The position numbers were made by a program, and so were the translations under genes. DNA of 61,582 bases. It comes from Paraphysomonas bandaiensis (lineage: Eukaryota; Protista; Chrysophyceae). How positions within the stretch are numbered: the first letter of the stretch is position 1; the number at the start of each line of letters is the position of its first letter. The stretch is taken from the NCBI GenBank assembly GCA_965644295.1, contig CBFFRP010000396.1, positions 1-61,582 of the forward strand, read 5' to 3'. The notes under the pieces were generated by a model. The model saw only the letters and a list, made by a program, of their open reading frames with translations, had not been told where the DNA came from and made no database searches. Of this stretch, positions 52,431-61,582 are shown piece after piece.

Positions 52431-55098
52431 TCAATTGGAGACACAGGGAACTGGTACATTCGGGGAATGGAGAGACATCAGAGTTAGTGAAGAAGCGGTG
52501 AAGAACATTGTGTCAGGAGGAATGCTGAGATCAATGGGATACGGATTACAACTGCTCCGAAAGCCTAAAATCGTGGAATTGGACTCTGGAAACGAGGTGT
52601 TGACTGGAGAGTACGATGAGCATGGAGGAATGCCGTATGTGGACTTGATGGAGGTGTTAAATCTGCCAAATGTGTCTATGTGCAATCAGATGGAGGAGGT
52701 AAATTTGTCGGATAATACAGGACAAGATGCGTTGGATCGCTTACATGAGCGTACTGGACATGTCTCGAAATCGAAGTTAATAGAAGCTCACCGACACATG
52801 TTATTCAGAGGATCAGGACTACAACGACATCACCTTTCGAAAGCAAAAGAGAAGAGTTGCAATAAACCCCTGTGTAAATGGTGTGCCAAGGCGAAGATAA
52901 CCAGGCATTCGTTCAAATCACGGGACAACGAAGAGCTAAGCGCAGTCAGGTTTCTGGAAAGAGTGACAGCGGACATCTCAGTCTACCTCAATTGTGAATC
53001 CAGACAAGGGTATAAGTACGTGCTCCTATTTACGGACGTGGCAACAAAGATGATATATGGGAATATGGTTTGAGGACTCGAGCGGAGAGGAGGTGTTCAA
53101 ATGTCTACGACACTTGTGCGAGGTCCACTTAGTGAAGTACGAGGGGTGGAACCGTATAGTGGAGTATCATGCCGATGGAGGATCCGAACTTATTAGTCAG
53201 CAGATAAGAGAGTATCTGTTGCAGCGATATGGGACTCGGGTGTCACATACAACACGAGACACGCCAGAGCTCAACGCGGTGTCTGAGAGGAAATTCCGAA
53301 CAATTGGGGAGATGACACTGACGATGTTGACGGCATCCGGACTTCCAAAGTCGTTCTGGTTTGATGCTTATCAAACTGCATGTTACATTGTGCGACGAAT
53401 GCCAACTCGGACGTGGCAAGGATGGATGTCTCCATATGAGTGTGTCCCAGGGGGGAGCGTTCCCAGCCTATCGTGGCTACGGAAATGGGGGTGCAAAGCA
53501 TATGTGCTAAGCTAACACCCAAGGCCGACAGGAGGAAGGACTGGGAGGACAAAGCAATGACAGGTTATTTCATAGGGTATCCAGCTGATCGAAAAGGATA
53601 CAAGGTGCTAGTGGGGGACACCGTAGTACACTCTGTACATGTATTATTTATGAATCGGTACCTGAGAGGTCTCAGGATTATTATAGAGAGCTGGAGGAGG
53701 CTCAAGTGGCTATAGATCCCGAGGCTCGTCAACCGGGTGAGTTTGAGTATCTTATCGGAAAGCACCATGAGGATGGTGGTCTGCTATACAAGACTAACAG
53801 AGTGGTGATAAGGAAGGGACTTATTGTGGGATACCGGTCGTTCGTTACTGGTAACCAGGGTCAAGTGGAGGATAAAACTCCTATTCATATTGCTGACATC
53901 AAGAAGATGACAGAGGATCTTGCGCAGAGGGTGGTTAGGGCCAGAGTTACTGACAACCGTGACGGCGGTATCAGCGGAGTGGTGCCACAGCAGTCGGAAA
54001 GTGGGCAGGTGCAGCCCCAGGCTGACTCAGCATTACCTTCGGGGGAAGGGACCCCTGCCGAGAATCATCCGCACGGCAAACGCGCAAGAACTCCAAGGAC
54101 GGTAACGAATGTGTCGGTGTTAGGACAAATCCATCATTTGAGTGATGAGAGTGATGTGAGTGACCTTTTACAGGAGGCAGACTCAGTGTGGATGTCAGCG
54201 GAAGAGTCGACAGTGCCTCAGACACATCGTGAGTCCTTGGAGAGTGCCGAGCACAGGGAGTGGAGACGAGCTCGCCGTGTAGAGCGAGAGGGTTTGGCGA
54301 AGCGAAATACCATGGAGGTGACTCGTATACCGGACGGAGTCGTCCCACTGCACTCCAAGTACGTCTATGGAAAGAAGTACGATAAGGAGGGAGAGGTCCG
54401 CCGATATAAGGCTCGTCTTGTAGCAATCGGTTGTGGACAGCAGTCGAGTGGTTGGGCGAACCATTTCGCACCCGTTGTTAAGGGGGTAACAGTGCGACTG
54501 TTAATCGCCATAGCTTTCGTGATGAACATGGTAATTCATCAACTGGATGTGTCTAACGCATTTCTATATGCAGATATAGAGGGGGAAGTATATATGAAGG
54601 CAACTCCGGACTTTCAGCTGCCTGAGGGGTACTGCTTTAAACTGAAGAAGTCGTTATACGGGCTTCGGAGTTCCCCGCGGTCGTGGTGGAAAACATTGGA
54701 TAAATTCATACGATCTATGCATTTTAAACCATGTGTATTAGACCCGTGTTTGTATTATCAGTATAAGGGCGATGAATTGATATTATTAACGATATATGTG
54801 GATGATATCCTAGTGTTAGGTCGTGATGTCAACATAGTGAAGGATATTAAAGCTCAACTGTGTGCCCGGTTTGATATGAAGGATATGGGCGAGATGGAAC
54901 ATTTTCTGAATGTTCGAGTCACAAGAACGCCAGAGTATATTCGTCTTGACCAATCAGTATATGCGGCTAAGATCTTAGAAAAGTTTGAAAAGTACCTTGG
55001 GTCACCGCGAAAGGTACGGAAGAGTCCTCTACCGGCGGAAGCAATGGATTTAGTGGCAAAAGGGGCGCGGCATGAGCATACCGAGGAGGAACAGCTTA

Positions 55099-55620
55099 TA
55101 CATCGATGCCATCCCCAATGGGATCAACTCGACAGTTCGCCAAGCCCTCGAGGAAAACGGACTGGTCGTCGCTGGCTTCCGGGGATAACCTACCCAGGTT
55201 CCCCTTGATGAGGTTGGTGTCAATGGAAAGAAATCGACAAGACTTATTGCGTCGACAAGCTAATGCCAGCGTACTGCACGGGGTGGTCCTGAGCTTCATC
55301 ATTCGGCTCGCATTGTTCAGTAGATGGATGTTTGTTTCTTCTGTTGTTCTGAGATGTTGTGGGATGTGCTCCATAATGTTACGAGAAATCGAAATGTGAA
55401 TCGCCATCAGAAACTGAAAACCCCCCCCGATCTTTGTAAAACTAAAAACAGGATTTTCGAGAGTTGTGTACACGAGAAAAATTATTCTCTATTGTAGTGT
55501 GTGTGAGTTTTTGGGTTTAGCGAAACTAGAAGAACTATGTAAAATGAATTACACAACCTAAACTAAAAAATCCCCTGGTTTTTCACTCAAAAATGTCACA
55601 AAACTACACATTTTCAAAAT
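55099..55620 (-). mobile_element. Unrelated fragment truncating the copia RT, possibly the 5' end of a non-LTR element
   Basis: Abrupt loss of copia similarity; minus-strand ORF start with T-rich leader; no diagnostic motif. Confidence 0.3.
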
Positions 55621-56959
55621 AATAATCGGCATATTGTCCACAGAATCCAGAGACAGGCAGATGTCTGTTAGCTTCACATACAGGATACGATTGTCATGTA
55701 ACACCAGAGGAGTCTTACGGTAACGTTCTTGAATTATGTTGTGAAAATATTTAATTTAGAAATTTTGATTCTATGATACAGAGCATATGAAGAAAATGAC
55801 GCTTCAGAGTTCGATAATGGAGAGACCCACGCAAGAGTAACTTCAATTGAGTATGTATATACTAATATGAATGTAAGATATATTACTTTCTCACTGTGCC
55901 CTATACGTATTGATGTAAATAAGGACGGTGTATTGAAACATGTCAATCATTGTCACCTAGATATAGGGTGCTTTGTATCTTGATATCTACCATCTATCAT
56001 AAATAGAATATTAGTGCTACCTGTAACACTCTGCAGAGGATGAATACGCCAGCCTATTAGTAGAATATTATGTTGACATTACCATGATACCTGGTAATCG
56101 TAGGTAGTATATATTAATTATTCATAATAAGATGCAATTTCTTCACTCTGGAAGTTGCTTGTAAATAGTATTGTAATTGTAGACTTATCCATAGTTGTTG
56201 ATTTATTGCTATTATGGAAGAAGCGCCTAAGTTAAGTGCAGCTATTGCAGTACTAAGAATGGTGTTGGAAGAAAATGATCCACTAATGGCTGGTTACCCC
56301 AATGAGGAGTATGTCAGGAGCGTTGGACTTACGGTTGGATTAAATGATGCCGATATCGACATATGATATTGCACTAATACACGTGCCTAATTGCCTCCCT
56401 ATAGGTGGTATCTATAACCTCTACATTTTCTACTGATAAGTATCCCTATTTATATTAAAATGTACCTATAGGCACTGCCTGCATGTATCAATACTACCTA
56501 TAGGTACTACCTAAAAATATAATACCAATACGACCTAGAGGTACTATAATTAACAATAATAAACACAGTATAATATATATTGCAAAGTAGAAAATAATAT
56601 AAAAACCAGCAATATTGCAGATCTGTATCAATTATGAAAAGAAAAAGCATGTATTCAATTAAAATAAGACGATGTTCGCATTAACATATTACGAAGTAAA
56701 AATTAACGGCAATTACTACTTAGAACCTACTAATATACATAATACCACGAGAAATCTCAATCAAAGTGTAAACTAGCTCCCAATCACCTGCTAAGAAGCA
56801 GAAGCATTGTGCACTTCAGATGTCTTCACCGCCAATCTGAGTTCAGTTAGCTTCCAAGGTAATGATAACATTTGTTCGTCCAAGCCATCTTACACCGATC
56901 TTACACCGAGATAACTTCTGGGGTACGATACTGATACAGAGGTGTATATATACTCATAC

Positions 56960-58240
56960 TGCTGAGAGGCGGTGAAGAAGCGATGTCCGAAGGCGCTGCA
57001 GAAGTTTCATCTGAAGCACAAGGAGTTCAAGGCAGCTGAAGGAAGGAATAACAAGTTCAACGCCAGAGAGATGGTTAGCACTCAAAACAAGATTAGTGCT
57101 CTGCTTGCTCAGTTTGGATAATTCGAGATGAAGCCAGGGGAGACCGCAAAAGAGTATGTACTGCGTTTTGAGCTGCTTCTCCGTGAACTTCAGGCGCATA
57201 AGCAAACGGTAACGGAAGAATCAAAGATTAGTCGGCTGAAGGAGGGAATTATCAGTGATGAATATGACGGTTTGAATTATGCTCTGTATTTAATGCCCGA
57301 TGATGTACCATATGAATTGTTATCCAAACGTATCGAACAGTTCGACGACACCAAGTATGGGAGGAAAATCATAGAGAAGAAGCGCAAGAGCACGGAGGAG
57401 CTGAATCATATTGAAAAACCTCGAAAGAAAGAGAGAGTATCTACAAAGAGGAAGTGCACTTATTGCTCGAAGAAAGGTATAATACACAATCATAATACAG
57501 AACAATGTAGGAAGAAAAAGGGGGAAACGAAGGGACAAAGACCGGGCAGTAAGGAATATACAGGATGCAGAGTATGCAAATCCAAAAACCATCGCGCGAA
57601 CGAATGTCCCCGAAATTCAACTGGAAAGACCAAGAGACCCCAGAAATCTGGGAAGGTTTTCACGTTCGAGAATATCCGCAGAGGAGGTACCGAGTCTGAC
57701 TCGGAGTCCGAAGCGAATATGCTTTATGACTGCGGTGTTGATATATATGTGATAAAAGTGACACATGTAGTATGATTGACACTACTGCTGAACACTATAC
57801 ATACATAGATACATGCTGCTCATCGTCTATGTTTTTGATAAATGATCAGCAAGTATTCGATGAATCAATTCCATCAGCTAGAGTTATCAGAGGCTCCAAG
57901 AAAGGAACGGTGATCAATGTAACGGCAACAGGAAGGGTAAACGACTGGAAGGGTATCGAATACAGTATCCGAAGATATCAACAGATTTCTGTGTTCGGGG
58001 AAACGTTTGAACGATATGGGTTATGAGTTCATCGTTTGGAATGGAATTCGAATTGTGGATCACAACACTGGAGCGATAGTATTATTATTGGAGGGACCCA
58101 TGCTTAATGGTATGACTGCGGTCCCTACGCAAACCTTACTGAGTCTGCCAGATGTATCCAGCTGTAGTAGGGGTGCACCAGAAGCAAATTTGACTGATCA
58201 GTATATGGAGAAGATGAGTTGGAACTGCTGCATAGGATAT
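56960..58240 (+). mobile_element. Degraded second copia gag-protease, same lineage as the first
   Basis: PGSKEYTGCRVC..H...C vs PGSKDYTGCHIC; ESDSESEANM vs ESSDDEANM; YIDTCCS protease. Confidence 0.85.
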
Positions 58241-58297
58241 GACCAAACCCGGGGTATCACACCGGGTGCAGCTATGTATATGAAATGAATGTGCGAA

Positions 58298-59041
58298 TGT
58301 AACAAGTAACTAGCTAATATAGAGATAAAAATGCTTATTACTTTGCCCTGCAACTGCCTGAGCACCCTCAAGCACTTATCTGAAGACACCTCCTCAAACG
58401 TGTTAACAGCAAGGCTAGTAACATAATAATGACAGCACATAGAACACAAACAACTCATACAGAACCATTTACATTCTATGAACTATCTAGAAACACAGCA
58501 GAGAACATAGAACAATATTCTGCAGAAAATTCAGCAACATTTCACCAATTTTGTGGAGATATTCACCTTCTGGAAGATTTACGTAGAGGCCTATAGGAAG
58601 AGCCTTAAACCAACTCAACAGCCACAGACCAAAAATGCAGTGACTAGCCAATCAGCGTTCAGCAGTAATACATAATACAGCAGCTGTATAATCTGTATAA
58701 TGATATTCCCTACATGTACCTATAACTGCATCATTGCGTACTTATGTACCTCGTGTCACACAACACACTCTGCAAACACATCACCACCAAGTACAGTCCG
58801 TATTCCAACACCATACAGTATACAAAACAGTATAACTCGAGTACACCAATCAGATCTCTCCATTGCCCATACAGCAAAAACAGTGGCACTTGTAATCCGA
58901 GAGTGAAGTGGAAGTGTGTCTTCATCCGAAGATAAGATGCAGGCTGTACATACACACACAGTCCACTAGAGCCCCCCTTGTAGCATATTAACCTCACTGG
59001 TCTTTTGTGGTATGCGATGAGTTTGACGCCTCGGCGTTACA
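58298..59041 (-). repeat. 3' LTR of Ty3/gypsy element
   Basis: Minus strand TGTAAC...GTTACA termini, directly preceded by polypurine tract agagagggggagggggcag (59042-59060). Confidence 0.8.
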
Positions 59042-59066
59042 CTGCCCCCTCCCCCTCTCTGTTATG

Positions 59067-61582
59067 CTATTCAACTATGCGGGGATACCTTTTGGCTATG
59101 TCTGCATCCACCAGCACCATGTAGGTCTCATCGAAGGTCTTGACGGAGCCCCACGCAAACACAAGATAATTATCAAGGGCGTAAGTAGCACCATTAAGCA
59201 GAAAACGAGCGCTAATCTTCTTTTTAGATGTCCTGTGGTACCAATGCGTGTATTCGAAGACCACCACATACGATTTTGTAGAAAAGTCTGGAAGGTCCAA
59301 GCTCTGATACCACTGATCCCCAAAGAAACGAAGATCCACATACACTCTATCACCTACTTGCACTGCTGTGACGTCTGCCCTCCTGAGCTGAGTCTTGAAA
59401 GGAGTGACCTGATTCTGATCCAGGATGAGGTGATGTAAGTACTTCCTAGATTTACAGAAATCTTCATATGCCTGACAATCGAATAGATCTCTACTCCATG
59501 GTACTTCCAGTATGTCCCCATCTGCATACTCCACAATGAATGTCATGCTAGTACGGTGGTTGGAATCTCCCTTGTACCCATGAATCACCATGACTCTGAA
59601 TTGCTCTTGATCTCGGATGGCAGCTTCCACGGCATCCTCCTTTGAACCCACAAAGTACTCTAGGTCAGTTACAGAATATTTGTGAATAGCCCCTGTTAAT
59701 ACATTTCTGCAGTCTACGTCATTCTTGTACTGGTGAACTACCTCGAAAGGTCCCTTGCGTTTTGTAGACAGCTTCGGCACCGGTCTCACTCCTGGGTCGT
59801 ACAAGACCAGATCCCCTTTCTGGAATTTGTTCTGGGGACCCATCCTCTGGTTAGGACCCTCCACTCTCTTCTTGATCAGAGTCTCTTGGTATTGTCTAGA
59901 TGCGTTGCGTAACTGGTGAAGGTTCTCGTGCATCTTCTGGAGGTATAGATGCTCAAGGACGCGCTCGAATTTCTTCGCGAGATCACTATAGACTGAGTCT
60001 GGTGTCCCAAAAGTCAGCTCAAATGGAGTATAGTTTGTCTCTGCTGATCTGTGTGTGTTGAGAATGATTTGGACGCTGGGGATGAAGGTTGGGTCGTCAA
60101 AAACATCCTTCTCTCTGGTGTCATATACCAATGCTCGCAAGTGTCGTCCCACTTCCTTATTCACCCGCTCGCAACCATTGACATGTTTGTTCGCAATGCT
60201 GAAGACATGCCGAACTCCCACCAGATCGGTCAATTCCTTGAATAACGCTGAATTTAAATCTGGTCCCAAATCAGATATGATCATGTCAGTAAAACCGAAA
60301 TTCGCCCAATACTTCCAGACTGAATCCGCCAGGGTCTTTGCTGAGCATCCTTTCACTGGGTTCAAAAACGCTAGCTCCGTAAACAAATTCACAATGACGT
60401 TAATGTGTGTCTCTCCATTGCGGCCGTGGGGTGTAATGGCTAATGCATCTATACCGATTGCGGTCCTGTGTGTTGGAGGTTTCAAGTGTCTCTGCACAGG
60501 GATCAGCCGAGTTTTCATCTCCCTCCTGGACTTCTGGCAATTTGCGCATCGGTCTATATAGTCCTTAACTTGTCGCTGGGATATGCCATGCCCAGGGAAA
60601 TCCCTGTTCAGTCTCCTCCAGGTCTCGCGCTCTCCCCAGTGTCCGACTTGGGCATTGTGAACCTGATCTAAACACTCCGTTGGTGTGAGCTGCAAATGGT
60701 TAGGGGTGGGTTTGATCTCCTCTCCTAGCACCTCTTCCTCATCAAACATATTGCATAAGGTACTCATGCGCTGTTCATATTCTAACTCCTCCTCCTCAAA
60801 TTCGTCATCTTCATTACACAGGTGGCATAGCCCTTCCGCTGTATGACAATCTTCATGCTCGTCCTCTTCAGCAACACATAGATGGAGTCTGGAGAGTGTA
60901 TCGGCCAGTACATTTTCTTTTCCAGGGATATGTCTCACCTTAAACACAAATGACTGCAGGTAAATTCTCCATCGTATAATCTTGGGTACTTCTGACGCTT
61001 CTATCCATCTCAGGTTGTTATGATCCGTCTCCAACAAAAACTCCTTCCCGATTAGATAATACGCCAGTCTCTTGACCACATAGTAGATTGCAAATCCCTC
61101 CTGCTCAATAGTATCCCACTTCTGTGCTTGCTTAGAGAATCTTTTGGAGATCAGCGCTATAATTTGCTCCTCCTTTGAACCGTCTGCATGTGTCTTGATT
61201 TGAATGAGGACTCCGCCAACACCTATCTCACTCGCATCAGTTCTTATCACCCATGGCAGCTCGTAATCTGGGTAATGAAGTGCACATGCCTCTTGCAAAT
61301 CCTTCTTGAAATCTTCGAATTCCTGTCTATAGTCGTGCTCCCACTTTGACTCATCTGACCAGTCGAATTCAGGTTTCGTAAGATCTGTCAAATGTCTAAC
61401 TTTCTCACTGTAATTTTTCACAAAAGGTGCAAAGAAAACTCCACATCCTAATAATGATCTGATTTTCTTGGATCTGTTCCCGGATTCTGGAAAAGGTATC
61501 TCAAGTAATGCAGCCTTTCTATCCTCTGTCAACTCAAAGCTCTGGTGCTTACATCTATAGCCAAAGAACTTGACTTCTCCAA
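59067..61582 (-). CDS. Ty3/gypsy pol (RT end, RNase H, integrase, chromodomain-like); continues beyond the window
   Basis: RTDASEIGVGGVL, EQEGFAI, ETDHNNL, NVLADTLSR, H..GH..CANC, IGID/ISDLG/ERVN, KGPF, chromo-like FIVEYADGD..EVPW; uninterrupted ORF. Confidence 0.96.
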   Translation of the reverse strand, partial: GEVKFFGYRCKHQSFELTEDRKAALLEIPFPESGNRSKKIRSLLGCGVFFAPFVKNYSEKVRHLTDLTKPEFDWSDESKWEHDYRQEFEDFKKDLQEACALHYPDYELPWVIRTDASEIGVGGVLIQIKTHADGSKEEQIIALISKRFSKQAQKWDTIEQEGFAIYYVVKRLAYYLIGKEFLLETDHNNLRWIEASEVPKIIRWRIYLQSFVFKVRHIPGKENVLADTLSRLHLCVAEEDEHEDCHTAEGLCHLCNEDDEFEEEELEYEQRMSTLCNMFDEEEVLGEEIKPTPNHLQLTPTECLDQVHNAQVGHWGERETWRRLNRDFPGHGISQRQVKDYIDRCANCQKSRREMKTRLIPVQRHLKPPTHRTAIGIDALAITPHGRNGETHINVIVNLFTELAFLNPVKGCSAKTLADSVWKYWANFGFTDMIISDLGPDLNSALFKELTDLVGVRHVFSIANKHVNGCERVNKEVGRHLRALVYDTREKDVFDDPTFIPSVQIILNTHRSAETNYTPFELTFGTPDSVYSDLAKKFERVLEHLYLQKMHENLHQLRNASRQYQETLIKKRVEGPNQRMGPQNKFQKGDLVLYDPGVRPVPKLSTKRKGPFEVVHQYKNDVDCRNVLTGAIHKYSVTDLEYFVGSKEDAVEAAIRDQEQFRVMVIHGYKGDSNHRTSMTFIVEYADGDILEVPWSRDLFDCQAYEDFCKSRKYLHHLILDQNQVTPFKTQLRRADVTAVQVGDRVYVDLRFFGDQWYQSLDLPDFSTKSYVVVFEYTHWYHRTSKKKISARFLLNGATYALDNYLVFAWGSVKTFDETYMVLVDADIAKRYPRIVE

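Larger units (their letters stand above)
49971..55098 (+). mobile_element. Ty1/copia LTR retrotransposon, disrupted and 3'-truncated
   Basis: Gag with two CCHC knuckles, protease YLDSCAS, LHERTGH..CKWC, integrase ADIS/HADGG/SERK, RT YKARLVA, QLDVSNAFL, KSLYGL, YVDD; frameshifts; RNase H missing. Confidence 0.95.

Noticed and set aside
53706-55208. Single intact 500-aa ORF
   Set aside because: The end after about 55098 is foreign sequence; copia RT is truncated and lacks RNase H
55700-56400. Short ORF-like fragments
   Set aside because: No recognisable motif; probably decayed element

Overview
Eukaryotic nuclear DNA with short GT-AG introns; gene style and transposon families suggest a stramenopile protist (inference). 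The core is a run of housekeeping genes, mostly in head-to-head pairs: 2OG-Fe(II) oxygenase, mitochondrial carrier, importin alpha, TrhO/TSTD2-like rhodanese, ALG12, a catalytically dead USP, COG1 with an EF-hand, a hybrid histidine kinase, CysRS, an intronless alphaproteobacterial-type ornithine decarboxylase, organellar RF1 and Nup155. The left end (about 1.5-4.3 kb) is a very AT-rich, intronless, virus-like insert with a fiber-like gene, a NUMOD4-HNH-AP2 endonuclease and many hairpins, next to Crypton-like tyrosine recombinase relics. The right end (49.4-61.6 kb) is a nested transposon cluster of hAT, Ty1/copia, LINE fragments and a chromodomain Ty3/gypsy. The most striking observation is that the HNH cassette sits between two copies of the fiber gene's promoter plus first 24 codons, which differ only at four synonymous positions, suggesting a homing-endonuclease cassette that carries a recoded replacement of its target. 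Also notable is a chain of ATGA-coupled uORFs in front of the probably horizontally acquired ODC. All family assignments come from motif recognition by eye; no searches were run.
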